From positions 173,166,001 to 173,230,000 of the forward strand of contig OX597817.1 in the NCBI GenBank assembly GCA_951406725.2: 64,000 bases of DNA, read 5' to 3'. How positions within the stretch are numbered: position 1 is the first letter of the stretch; every line of letters begins with the position of its first letter. Shown in pieces: positions 1 to 12,623 of this stretch. Under the pieces are notes generated by a model that saw nothing but the letters and a program-made list of their open reading frames with translations, was not told where the DNA came from and made no database searches. The position numbers were made by a program, and so were the translations under genes. The DNA is from Octopus vulgaris. Lineage: Eukaryota.

Positions 1-347
1 TGGCCGTCTGCCAGCCTCGTCTGGCACCTGTGTCGGTGGCACATAAAAAACACCATCCAAGCGTGGCCGTCTGCCAGCCTCGTCTGGCACCTGTGTCGGT
101 GGCACATAAAAAACACCATCCGAGCGTGGCCGTCTGCCAGCCTCGTCTGGCACCTGTGTCGGTGGCACATAAAATCACCCACTACACTCTCGGAGTGGTT
201 GGCGTTAGGAAGGGCATCCAGCTGTAGAAACACTGCCACATCTGACTGGCCTGGTGCAGCCTTCGGGCTTCCCAGACCCCAGTTGAACCGTCCAACCCAT
301 GCTAGCATGGAAAGCGGACGTTAAACGATGATGATGATGATGATGAT
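1..347 (+). mobile_element. 3' UTR/tail of the RTE-clade LINE family (or a SINE sharing it), with internal ~59-bp tandem repeats and a (GAT)n tail
   Basis: Same GTGGCAC(A/G)TAAAAA...GGTTGGCGTTAGGAAGGGCATCCAGCTGTAGAAA...CATGCTAGCATGGAAAGCGGACGTTAAAC(GAT)n sequence follows RTE coding remnants at 8555-9053 and 58453-58953. Confidence 0.75.
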
Positions 348-358
348 ACATACATATA

Positions 359-525
359 TACGATGGGCTTCTTTCAGTTTCTGTCCACCAAATCCACTCA
401 CAAGGCTTGGGTCAGCCCGAGGCTATAGCAGAAGATACTTGCCCAAGGTGTCACACAGTGGGACTGAACCCGGAACCATGTGGTTGGTAAGCAAGCTACT
501 TACCACACGGCCACTCCTGTGCCTA
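359..525 (-). mobile_element. tRNA-derived SINE head with CORE-like motif; other copies at about 2599, 4912, 17675, 23860, 29330, 42065, 43130 and 56799
   Basis: A/B-box-like GTGGCTGTGTGGTAAG...GGTTCAGTCCC followed by CACCTTGGGCAAGT; many dispersed copies in the window. Confidence 0.75.
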
Positions 526-799
526 TATTTCTGCACCTAGATTCATTATTTTAAAAATTAGATGAAACAAAAGCAATGTATTTCAACAGGATTATGATAA
601 CAATGAGGTTAAAATTCAAAGGTGTTGTGCAATTTAAAAACTTTTTTCAAGGAGCTCAGCAAATAGTGATGAACTACTTCTTAGATCTCTGGGCCCTGAC
701 ACCAATGTTCTGGTTGAATACCTCTTATAGGTCCTGATCATACATATATCTTAGGTGGAAGACTTCAGGTTACAGCAATATATAATTGATGATATACTT

Positions 800-1122
800 A
801 AGGAGCACTCTGTTGGTTACAATGACGAGGGTCCCAGCTGATATGATCAATGGAACAGCCTGCTCATGAAATTAAAGTGCAAGTGACTGAGCAATCCACA
901 GACACGCGTACCCCTAACGTAGTTCCCAGGGAGAGTCAGCGTGACACAGAGAGTGACGAGGCTGGCCCTTTGAAATACAAGTATCACTAATTTTTGCCAG
1001 CTGAGTGGACTGGAGCAATGTGAAATAAAGTGTCTTGCTCAAGGACACAACGCGTCGCAAGGAATCAAACTCACGACTTTACAATTGTGAGCTGAATGCC
1101 CTAAGCACTAAGCCACGTGCCT
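800..1122 (-). mobile_element. Second tRNA-derived SINE family; related copies at about 2314-2566, 21990-22245, 26965-27290, 32260-32550 and 48145-48520
   Basis: GTGGCTTAGTGGTTAGGG...TTCGATTCC head followed by TGTGTCCTTGAGCAAGACACTTTATTTCAC in multiple copies. Confidence 0.7.
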
Positions 1123-1270
1123 GGTAGATTGCTAATAAATATATTAACAACAGCATGAGCTTTGTGGTTAAGAACATTTTGTACTATAACTACGAGACAA
1201 CCAATGTCTTGTGAGTGAAAGAGGCAAAAGGGAGCTGAAGAAGCCTATTTGTGCATGTTTTGTGTGTGTG

Positions 1271-1354
<84 letters not shown>

Positions 1355-1404
1355 TCTGTCTGTCTGCCTGTGTATGTATGTGCATGCATGAAAAGGCAAT
1401 GACA

Positions 1405-1567
1405 GTTTTGTGACTTTCTGCTGGTATAAATGTGTATTTTATAATCTGGATTTAGAAGCTGGAGGTTTTGAAGCAGTTGTCCATAGTTATCCTTTTTCTG
1501 GTTGATATTCAAAGAGATTTTTACATCAGCAGGACAGCTGATCTCTATGGAGGGACATACTTTTACT
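1405..1567 (-). pseudogene. Fragment of an R4/Dong-clade non-LTR retrotransposon restriction-like endonuclease domain
   Basis: Translates to IEISCPADVKISLNINQKKDNYGQLLQNLQLLNPDYK, matching the E...K..KY..L REL motif; a related copy lies at 2085-3136. Confidence 0.65.
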
Positions 1568-1899
1568 TGTATGTATGTATGTATGTATGTATGTATGTAT
1601 GTATGTATGTATGTATGTATGTATGTATGTATGTATGTAGGTATGTATGTATGTGTGTATGTATGTATGTGTGTATGTATGTATGTATGTATGTAGGTAT
1701 GTATGTATGTATGTATGTATGTATGTATGCATGTATGTATGTATGTATGAGTGTGTGTAGGTATGTATGGATGTATGTGTGCATGTATGTATGTATGTGT
1801 GTATGTAAGTATATGTGTATATATGTACGTATGTATGTGTGCGTGTATGTATGTATGTATGTACGTACGTACGTACACATGTATGTATGTATGTATGTA
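1568..1899. repeat. (TATG)n microsatellite; a (TG)n tract lies at 1259-1355
   Basis: Directly visible. Confidence 0.95.
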
Positions 1900-2084
1900 T
1901 CTCTTTTACACTTTTACTTGTTTCAGTCATTTGACTGTGGCCATGCTGGAGCACCGCCTTTAGTCGAGCAAATCAACCCAAGGACTTATTCTTTGTAAGC
2001 CTAGTACTTATTCTATCGTTCTCTTTTGCTGAACCACTAAGTTACAGGGATGTAAACACACCAGCATCAGTTGTCAAGCGATGT

Positions 2085-2759
2085 AAGCATTCTCATGTAT
2101 TTAGTTGTATGCCTAGATATGCGTACATAGACTCAAATGCTAAACTTCTGTAAAGTTTTACAAATCTTTCTCCTTCCTGGTTTTGGAAAGTTTTACAAAT
2201 CTTTCTTCTCCCTGGTTTTGAGAGCCCAAATTTCTCAAGATTGATAGTTTGTTCCATATCCTAGTGCCCCAATAATTACAGGTATGAATCTGAACTTGTA
2301 ATCCAGGTAGAGTTAAGTGAGAAACAAGTTAAAGTATCTCTTTGAGTCATGCTGACTCATAAGAGCCAGTTTCTTGGTTTCCATAGTTTATAAGTTCCCC
2401 ACCTGGATAGGATGCTAGTCCATCGCGGGATTACTGAGTGGGCTGGAACAAATGTGAAAAGAAGTGTTTTGCTCAAGAACCTAATGCAATGCCCAGTCCA
2501 GGAATCGAAACTGCAATCTTACAGTCATGAGTCCAATACCCTAACCACTAACTCATGTGTTTCTACATCCAGGTAGAGTACCTGTAAGTTTCTCAATAGG
2601 CGTAGGAGTGGCTGTGTGGTAAGTAGCTTGCTTACGAACCACATGGTTCCGGGTTCAGTCTCACTGCGTGGCACTTTGGGCAAGTGTCTTCTACTATAGC
2701 CTCGGGCCGACCAAAGCCTTGTGAGTGGATTTGGTAGACGGAAACTGAAAGAAGCCTGT

Positions 2760-2810
<51 letters not shown>

Positions 2811-3136
2811 ATATGTTTGTGTATCTGTGTTTGTCCCCCCAACATCACTTGTCAACCGATGCTGGTGTGTTTACGTCCCTGTAACTTAGTGGCTCGGCAA
2901 AAGAGACTGATAGAATAAGTACTAGGCTTACAAAGAATAAGTCCTGGGGTCGATTTGTTCCACTAGAGGCGGTGCTCCAGCATGGCCACAGTCACATAAC
3001 TGAAGCAAGTAAAAGAGTAAAAGAGTAAAGAGAGTTCAGCATGTGTGTTCTCTTTCTCACTGATCTTTAGCTTTATGTTGACACCTGCTGGGCAGCTGAT
3101 TTCCACTACTGTACATAGTTTATCTTCACTGTCCCA
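2085..3136 (-). pseudogene. R4/Dong-like LINE C-terminal remnant interrupted by two SINEs
   Basis: Joined pieces read WDSEDKLCTVVEISCPAGVNIKLKISEKENTHAEL / LRNLQVLY / YKFRFIPVIIGALGYGTNY; a 13-bp TSD ATCCAGGTAGAGT flanks the SINE at 2314-2566. Confidence 0.7.
2599..3035 (+). mobile_element. Full-length bipartite SINE: tRNA/CORE-like head, internal (TA)n(TG)n tract, 3' module ending in (GTAAAAGA)n
   Basis: Same organisation at 17675-18118, 23860-24245 and 56799-57490; the isolated 3' module recurs at about 1900, 5440, 14825, 28635, 39000 and 50650. Confidence 0.75.
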
Positions 3137-3138
3137 AA

Positions 3139-3550
3139 TCTATTATATAAAATCCGTTCTGTCTGTCTGTGTGTGTGTCTTCTAGGATCTCAGGCATCCT
3201 CAATCTGATTGTGCTCAAATTTGATATGTAGATATCGACAGTATCAGGGAGTGTATAAGTCTTGAAAAAATTACAAAAATCAATTCCAGGTGAGAATGCG
3301 ATCAATAAAGCCACAGGAACGTGCATTTGTATGTGCAAGTACGTCAGCTGTTGTGATCGATACTACGCGTATGCAAGAAAAAGTCTATCTTTATTTCTTC
3401 TTTTGCTGGGTCTCAAATTTAGGTTAAATCAGTGTTTCTCAAAGGGGAGGCCTATGGGACGGTTGGACAAGTTGTTTTGAGAAAATCTGGCTTAAATGTT
3501 TGACAACTCAGCACTGTCCATTGGACAGGGAGCGTTTTGCTCGTCACTAT
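3139..3550 (+). mobile_element. Degenerate non-autonomous Helitron
   Basis: 5' A|TCTATTATATAAAA start with GTCTGTCTGT; 3' GC hairpin GAC..GAGC GTTTT GCTC GTC followed by CTAT (CTRR-like). Confidence 0.55.
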
Positions 3551-4344
3551 ATATATGTATGTATGTATATATGTGTGTATGCGTGTGTGTATATTTGTGT
3601 GTGGTGTGTTTATGTAAGCATGTGTGTCTGTATGTGTGCATGTGTTTCTGTGTGGAAAATTGTATTTGTTCTCACAGCTTCATTATCAATACAGATTCAT
3701 TATGAATCATGAAAGCTTGTCCCGGCTTCTTGACATGTTACATGATCCTTGCAAACAATAAGTTCATTGAAATCAGTTGTTTGTGTTCCAGTTCTCCATG
3801 TATGCATATCCAGTCTGTTTGTTATTTAATAGACCTGGGAAGTATTACTTCACTTGGTAACAAGTAGGGGTTAGCAACAAGAAGGGACCCCAGCTGCCCT
3901 AATATAATATTTTTGTCTTGCCAATACAAGTATGGTAAAATAGATGTTAAAAACAACAGCATGGCTTTTGTTTCCAGTTCACTGTGTAATGATGTCCAGG
4001 TGTGTTCATTGTTTTGACAGACAATGGGAAATATTGGTTTCAAATTTTGGCACAAGGCCAGCAATTGTAGGGGGAGGGGGAGGGGGAAAGTCGATTATAT
4101 CAACTGCCAGAGCACAACTGGTACTTATTTTATTGACCCCGAAAGGATGAAAGGCAAATTTGGTGGAATTTGAACTTGAAATGTAGCGAGGGGCAAAAGA
4201 GAAATATATCAACCTTGCTTGGAACAAAAGAGAAACATTAACCTTGCTTGGAAACAGGTGAACGTTGATAATAGGAAGGGCATCTGCCCGGAGAAAATTT
4301 GTCTCAACTCCATCTGACCCATACAGGTATGGAAAAGCAAGCAT

Positions 4345-4470
4345 GATAATGATGATGATGACGATGTTGTTTGATGATTGATGATGATGATGATGACTGG
4401 TGAGTGGTGATTGATGATTGATGATTGGTGGTGATTGATGATGATTGATGATGATTGATGGTGATGATGG

Positions 4471-4526
<56 letters not shown>

Positions 4527-4563
4527 GGTGATTGATGATGATGATGATGATGACGACGATGAC
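4345..4563. repeat. (GAT)n microsatellite
   Basis: Directly visible. Confidence 0.9.
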
Positions 4564-5099
4564 AATAAATATATTGTTTTAGTAGATAGGTGAAAGACTT
4601 CAGTTATCAATAACATATATTGATGATATATTGTTAGCTTTAAATAAGTGAAAAACCTTCAGGTTATGACAATATATATTGATGACACATTGATATCTTA
4701 TTAAGTACGCGACAAGATATTGATTTCCTTTTTTTTTTTCATAGATACAGTCAATATATCAGATCTAAAGGTGAGGGCAAATATAAACATGTAATATTTG
4801 TGTAGTGTTGTGATTATCTATGCCATTGAAAGGAAGTAGTTACAATTGGGACTCAGATTTCATAACAAACAAGGCTGGTGAAGAACTTATTTCCACAGCA
4901 CTAATACAGGTACAGATGTGGCAGTATGGTTTAAAAGCATACTCCCCAACCACATGGTTTCAGGTTCATTCCCACTACATGGTACTTTGAGTGTCAAGTG
5001 TCACGTGTCTTCTGCTGTATCCTTAGACTGGCCTAAGCTAATTTTTGGGACTTTTATTCTTGGTAGACAGAATCTGAAAGAAGCCTGTTGGGCGCATAT

Positions 5100-5315
5100 A
5101 GATGAGGGGCAGCTGAAAAGTTCCTTGCTTTGGGTGAAAGAAAATACAAGTGGACCAGAGAATTATGATTTTATTCAATGCATTCTCCTCTCTGATTCAT
5201 ACACTTACTGCAACAGTCCTTCAGTTTTTCTAAGCTCTGTAAAAGAACTTGGAAGGTTGGACTTCCAATTGTGCCTTTTACAATACTCTTGAAGCCAGGA
5301 ACTTTCTTCCCTTTG
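5100..5315. mobile_element. Mariner-like MITE; related copies at about 39970-40190 and 49528-49745
   Basis: Imperfect TIR GAGGGG..CTGAAAAGTTCC / GGAACTTTTCAG; three diverged copies. Confidence 0.55.
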
Positions 5316-5391
5316 CGCGCACGTGTGTGTGTGTCTGTACATGCATGCATGTATGTGTGTGTATTTGTGTGTTTGTGTGTGTGTATGAAAA

Positions 5392-5438
<47 letters not shown>

Positions 5439-5626
5439 TTTTATTCTTTTTATTTTATTTGTTTCAGTCATTTGACTGCAGCATTCCTGGAGTACCACCT
5501 TTTAGTCAAAGAAATCAACCCCAGGCCTTATTCTTTGTAAGCCTGGTACTTATTCGATCAGTCTCTTTTGCCGAACTGCTAAGTTCACAGCATCGGCTCT
5601 CAGGCAGTGGTGGTGGGGACAAGCAC

Positions 5627-5663
<37 letters not shown>

Positions 5664-5681
5664 AACACACACACACAAACA

Positions 5682-5721
<40 letters not shown>

Positions 5722-6164
5722 GACATCAGATGACCATGTGACCAACAAGGCCATCAGATGTTACACACATCGCTGGTCACAATGCACTTTGCATTGTTTT
5801 AGTCTTAAAAAGACACCAGCCAACTGGGTAGATGATCAGGCCATCATTACTCCCTTATTGAAAGAAGGACTAGAGCAACATGAAATGAAGTATTTTGCTT
5901 AAGAATACTTTGTGCCGTTTGGTCTGGTAATCAAACCCACGATCTAATAATCATGAGTGCAACACTAAACACTTGGCCAAGCGCCATCATATACACACAC
6001 ACACGCACACACCCAAGAACAAGTAGGTTCCTCTGGTATGTTCAAACCCAAGAAAAGCTCATAATAGACCCAGGCCAGATGGGAAAAATAGGCTCCATTT
6101 AAAGAAGAACATTAAGTGTTACAGTAATCAGTATTAAATCAGTACTAACTATATGCGTGACTTA

Positions 6165-6671
6165 CCGTAAATCCTCAAGTATAATCCGCAATTTTTCCCC
6201 AAAATCTAAAGGTCAAAATCCCTAGTGCGTACTATATACGAGGTTAAAAATGAAAAATATATTCTAAGCAATGTCCAAGTCCCTATTTGCTATCCGGCAT
6301 TGTTTATTCAGATGCATTTCGTGATGTCGGGCGCAAAAATACCTTAAGCTAAGCCTGAAAGCAATGAAGTCATAAAAGAATCATCCATAACTTGCAGTAA
6401 GCAACATTTATTAAACGTTATTACTGTTATTACTGTTATTTCTTTATTTTCTGCAAACAGAATGCACAAAAAAGCTACATGTTTGCATCATGTTATATAT
6501 ACAATAATAATAAAGGACGTTACCATATACAGTTTTACAAACCAAGGACGGTATATAGACCTCATTGACTCAAGTGTATTATACACAAGGTTTAGGTTTT
6601 TCAGAGGTGCAGCCCCCTGAAAATCCCCTGTGTATTATACTCAAGGGTGGACTTTAGTCAAGGATTTACAG
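6165..6671. mobile_element. Tc1/mariner-superfamily (Tc2-like) MITE
   Basis: TA|CCGTAAATCCTCAAGT ... AGTCAAGGATTTACAG|TA: imperfect TIRs with a TA target duplication. Confidence 0.65.
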
Positions 6672-7346
6672 TATGTATAAAGATTATAAGTCTACACATG
6701 TACATGTATACACCTGCAAGTAATAGAACACAATAGTGGAAATGAAACAACATACTTGAAAGATACCAAAGGGTATCATCTTAACAGTGGTATAGGTAGA
6801 GATTGTGCCACTAGGGGCAACCCATGGGTTTGCTTCCCTCCTCCCATTTCCCTGGGTCTCCAATCCTACATAAGCTTATACAATTGACTCAAAAATGCTG
6901 CCCCCATCAAAGCATCATCCAAGATGGACTGCTTCATCTTGCCCCACCCAGCTACCATATTGCCTTTTTGCCTCTAATAGAAATACATCCCTCAAAATTT
7001 TAGGGCCATACCTACAGACCCATCTGCCTTCACCTACATCTGATCTACATGATTCCATATAGTTTCCATCACTGAAATTTCTCTGATAGGGGTTTGGTTG
7101 ACTCTGGGGCTATTGTAGAAGTCTCTTGCTTAAGAGGTTGCACAGGGTGGTCAAACATGAAACGATGGGCAGTGAACTTGTAAACTGGACAGTGGATAAC
7201 CACACAGTATGTATTCAATCAATTAGTCTAATGCAAAACAAATATATATATTCAAACTGAACTAGAATTAACAAGTTTAACTTCATAAATAATACTTTGA
7301 CATATGCAAGACAAAGAGAAAAATAAGTAAATATATATACACACAC

Positions 7347-7431
<85 letters not shown>

Positions 7432-7506
7432 CATGACCGTCCAACCCATGCTAGCATGGAAAGCGGACGTTAAATGATGATGATATATATAAATATATAT
7501 ATATAT

Positions 7507-7809
7507 AAATAATAGTTATCGCCATACTAATATGGCATTCTTATAAAAATAAGAATAAAGCTGTCCGCTTATTAGCTCCATGAGGCCATCGCCTTAAGTT
7601 AGCTATTTGATACACAAACTGTATCCATATAACCTTCGAACAAGTCAAGTAGTGTGGAGCGACTGACCTCCCTTGTTCGAAGGTTATATGGATACAGTTT
7701 GTGTATCAAATAGCTAACTTAAGGCGATGGCCTCATGGAGCTAATAAGCGGACAGCTTTTTTCTTATTTTTATAAGAATGCCATATTAGTATGGCGATAA
7801 CTATTATTT
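7507..7809. repeat. Near-perfect hairpin (~138-bp arms, ~27-nt loop) between (TA)n tracts
   Basis: 7507-7644 is the reverse complement of 7672-7809. Confidence 0.9.
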
Positions 7810-7864
7810 TCCGGGAACGCTGCCGCTGTTCTCTTTTAGAGAGACTTAGTAATTTTAATATTTC

Positions 7865-7960
<96 letters not shown>

Positions 7961-7963
<3 letters not shown>

Positions 7964-9053
7964 AGTTTCCGCTACCTGGGTGACCAACTTAGTAGTGGAG
8001 GTGGATGCTCAGAGAGTATCACCACTAGAATACGAATAGCCTGGGCAAAGTTCAGAAAGCTCCTACCCCTACTGGCGACAAAGGGTCTCTCACTCAGAGT
8101 GAAAGGTAGATTGTATGATGCATGTGTGTGAACTGCCATGCTTCACGGTAGTGAAACATGGACTGTGACTGCAGAGGACATGCGTAGACTTGAAAGAAAT
8201 GAAGCTAGCATGATCCGCTGGATGTGTAATGTCATTGTGCACGCACGACAGAGTGTAAGCACCCTGAGAGAAATGCTGGACATAAGAAGCAACAGATGTG
8301 GTGTGCAAGAGCGACGCTTGCGATGGTATGGTCATGTACTGCAGATGGATGAGGAGAGATGTGTGAAGAAGTGCCACTCCCAAACAGTTGAAGGTATCAA
8401 GGGGAGAGGTAGACCCAGGAAGACATGGGATGAGGTAGTCAAGCATGACCTCAGAGCATTGGGCCTCACTGAGGCAATGGCGAAGGACCGAGATCTCTGG
8501 AGGTATGCTGTAACTGCAAAAACCCGGGCTGCTCTCGGCACCAGTTCCGCATAGCCCCTGCCCATTCAAAGTACCCTGGATTCCAGAACGTCCCGCTGTG
8601 CTTGAGGAGAACTGTTGAGTCAAGTACATGAACATGAACATCGAAATAAATATCAATGGAAATAGTGGTTGTGCTACCTGTGCAGGTGGCACATAAAAAG
8701 CACCATCCGAACGTGGCCGTTGACAGCGCCGCCCCGACTGGCTTCTGTGCCGGTGGCACATAAAAAGCGTCATCCGAACGTGGGCATTGCCAGCGCCGCC
8801 TTGGCTGGCTTCCGTGCCGATGGCAGGTTAAAAGCTCCAACCGATCGTGACCGATGCAGGTGGCACGTAAAAAGCACCCACTACACTCTTGGAGTGGTTG
8901 GCATTAGGAAGGACATCCAGCTGTAGAAACTCTGCCAGATCAGACTGGAGCCTGGTGCAGCCCCTGGCTTCACAGACCCTGGTCGAACCGTCCAACCTGT
9001 GCTAGCGTGGAAACGGACGTTAAACGATGATGATGATGATGATGATGATGATG
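7961..9053 (+). mobile_element. 5'-truncated RTE-clade LINE (RT C-terminus, 3' UTR, (GAT)n tail)
   Basis: FRYLGD..SSGGG..RIRIAWAKF..MLHGSETW..RRLRWYGHV..RGRPRKTW; contains an in-frame stop. Confidence 0.9.
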
Positions 9054-9056
9054 GTG

Positions 9057-9084
<28 letters not shown>

Positions 9085-9087
<3 letters not shown>

Positions 9088-9474
9088 GAGAGGGATGACC
9101 ACTATGTGGACAACCCTTATGCTAGAAGTAGATCCGCTATGGTCTTACCAATAAGAAATGTTCCCAAGAAAATTTTAGCAAACACCAGAATGTAATCAAG
9201 CAAGACAAAAGAAAAGCAATAAAAATATGGATTTTTATTTCTTTTCTTTCTTGGTTGTTTGCTAAATTTTCTTGAGAACATTTTTTAGTGGTAAGACCAT
9301 AGCAGATCTACTTCTAGCATAAGGGTTGTCCACATAGTGGTCATCTCACTCATATATAAATATATAATACAATTTTATTGAACCTTCTGATTTTTATATG
9401 CTAGACTACTGGTGTGAAATTAATGTTAATTAAATTAATATCACATTTCTCACCCACATTTTAAATTTATACAT

Positions 9475-9519
<45 letters not shown>

Positions 9520-12500
9520 GTGTAACGTCCGTTCTCCATGCTAGCATGGGTTGGACGGTTCGACCGGGGATCTGGGAAGACAGAAGGCTGCACCAGGCTC
9601 CAGTCTTATCTGGCAATGTTTCTACAGCTGAATGCCCTTCCTAACGCCAACCACTCCGTGAGTGTAATGAGTTCTTTTTACGTGCCACACGCACAGTACG
9701 TGCCACCCGCAAAGAGATCTAAGAGGAAGCCGAAAGCGGCACCCTCTTTGATCTCTTTCGGCACACTCTTTGATCTCTTTCGGCACCCTATTTGATCTCA
9801 TTCGGAACTCCCCTTTGATCTCTTTTTGGCACCATCTTTGATCTTTTTCGGCACACACTTTGATCTCTTTCGGCACCCTCTTTGATCTCTTTCGGGACTC
9901 CTCTTTGATCTCTTTCGGCACACTCTTTGATCTCTTTCGGCACACTCTTTGATCTCTTTCGGCACCCTCTTTGATCTCTTTCGGCACCCTCTTTGATCTC
10001 TTTCGGCACCCTCTTTGATCTCCTTCGGGATCGTCTTTGATCTCTTTCGACACCCTCTTTGATCTCTTTCGGCACTCCTCTTTGATCTCTTTCGGTACCC
10101 TCTTTGATCTCTTTCGGCACCCTCTTTGATCTCTTTCGGCACCCTCTTTGATCTCTTTCGGCACACTCTTTGATCTCTTTCGGCACCCTCTTTGATCTGT
10201 TTCGGCACTCTCTTTGATCTCTTTCGGCACCCTTTTTGATTTCTTTCGGCACCCTCTTTGATCTCTTTCGATACTCCTCTTTGATCTCTTTCGGCACCCT
10301 CTTTGATCTCTTTCGGCACCCTCTTTGATCTCTTTCGGCACACCCTTTGATCTCTTTCGGTACCCTCTTTGATCTCTTTTGGCACCCTCTTTGATCTCTT
10401 TCGGCACCCTCTTTGATCCCTTTCGGCACTCTCTTTGATCTCTTTCGGCACTCTCTTTGATCTCTTTCGGCACCCTCTTTGATCTCTTTCGGCACCCTCT
10501 TTGATCTCTTTCGTCACACTCTTTGATCCCTTTCGGCACTCTCTTTGATCTCTTTCGATACTCCTCTTTGATCTCTTTCGGCACACTCTTTTTTCTCTTT
10601 CGGCACCCTCTTTGATCCCTTTCGGCACTCTCTTTCATCTCTTTCGATACTCCTCTTTGATCTCTTTCGGCACCCTCTTTGATCTCTTTCGGCACCCTCT
10701 TTGATCTCTTTCGGCACCCTCTTTGATCTCTTTCGGCACCCTCTTTGATCTCTTTCGGTACCCTCTTTGATCCCTTTCGACACCTTCTTTGATCCCTTTC
10801 GGTACCCTCTTTGATCTCTTTCGATACTCCTCTTTGATCTCTTTCGGTACCCATTTGATCTCTTTCGGCACCCTCTTTGATCTCTTTCGGCACACCCTTT
10901 GATCTCTTTCGGCACTCTCTTTGATCACTTTCGGCACTCTCTTTGATCTCTTTCGGCACCCTCTTTGATCTCTTTCGGTACCCTCTTTGATCTCTTTCGG
11001 CACCTTCTTTGATCTCTTTCGGCACCCTCTTTGATCTCTTTGGGTACCCTCTTTGATCTCTTTCGGCACACTCTTTGATCCCGTTCGGCACTCTCTTTGA
11101 TCTCTTTCGATACTCCTCTTTGATCTCTTTCGGCACTCCCTTTGATCTCTTTCGGCACCCTCTTTGATCTCTTTCGGCACCCTCTTTGATCTCTTTCGGC
11201 ACCCTCTTTGATCTCTTTCGGCACCCTCTTTGATCTCTTTCGGCAGCCTCTTTTATCCCGTTCGGCACTCTCTTTGATCTCTTTCGGCACCCTCTTTGAT
11301 CTCTTTCGGTACCCTCTTTGATCTCTTACGGCACCCTCTTTGATCTCTTTCGATACTCCTCTTTGATCTCTTTCGGCACCCTCTTTGATCTCTTTGGGTA
11401 CCCTCTTTGATCTCTTTCGGCACTCTCTTTGATCACTTTCGGCACTCTCTTTGATCTCTTTCAGTACCCTCTTTGATCTCTTTCGGCACACTCTTTGATC
11501 TCTTTCGGCACTCTCTTTGATCTGTTTCGGCACCCTCTTTGATCCCTTTCGGCACTCTCTTTGATCTCTTTCGGCACTCTCTTTGATCTCTTTCGGCACC
11601 CTCTTTGATCTCTTTCGGCACTCTCTTTGATCTCTTTCGGCACCCTCTTTGATCTCTTTCGATACTCCTCTTTGATCTCTTTTGGCACTCTCTTTGATCT
11701 CTGTCGGCACCCTCTTTGATCTCTTTCGGCACCCTCTTTGATCTCTTTCGGCACTCTCTTTGATCTCTTTCGGCACTCTCGTTGATCTCTTTCAGCACCC
11801 TCTTTGATCCCTTTCGGCACCCTCTTTGATCTCTTTCGGCACTCTCTTTGATCTCTTTCGGGACCCTCTTTGATCTCTTTCGGCACCCTCTTTGATCCCT
11901 TTCGGCACCCTCTTTGATCTCTTTTGGCACCCTCTTTGATCTCTTTCGGCACTCTATTTGATCTCTTTCGGCACCCTCTTTGATATCTTTCGGCACCCTC
12001 TTTGATCTCTTTCGGCACCCTCTTTGATCTCTTTCGGCACTCTCTTTGATCTCTTTCGGCACTCTCTTTGATCTCTTTCGGCACCCTCTTTGATCCCTTT
12101 CGGCACTCTCTTTGATCTCTTTCGGCACTCTCTTTGATCTCTTTCGGCACCCTCTTTGATCTCTTTCGGCACCCTCTTTGATCTCTTTCGGCACCCTCTT
12201 TGATCTCTTTCGGCACCCTCTTTGATCTCTTTCGGCACTCTCTTTGATCTCTTTCGGCACCCTCTTTGATCTCTTTCGGCACTCTCTTTGATCTCTTTCG
12301 GCACCCTCGTTGATCTCTTTCGGTACCCTCTTTGATCTCTTTCGGCACCCTCTTTGATCTCTTTCTGGGTGGCACGTACTGTGTTGGTGACACGTACTGT
12401 GTGGGTGGCACGTAAAAAGCACCCACTACACTCACGGAGTGGTTGGCGTTAGGAAGGGCATCCAGCTGTAGAAACATTGCCAGATAAGACTGGAGCCTGG

Positions 12501-12572
12501 TGCAGCCTTCTGTCTTCCCAGATCCCGGTCGAACCGTCCAACCCATGCTAGCATGGAGAACGGACGTTACAC

Positions 12573-12623
<51 letters not shown>

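Noticed and set aside
9737-12365. CRISPR-like array
   Set aside because: Units are directly adjacent with no unique spacers, there are no cas genes, and the context is eukaryotic.
9622-12546. Long K/R/E-rich ORFs (up to 548 aa) on the minus strand
   Set aside because: Translation of a stop-free 22-bp repeat that is open in all three frames; no splice or domain evidence.
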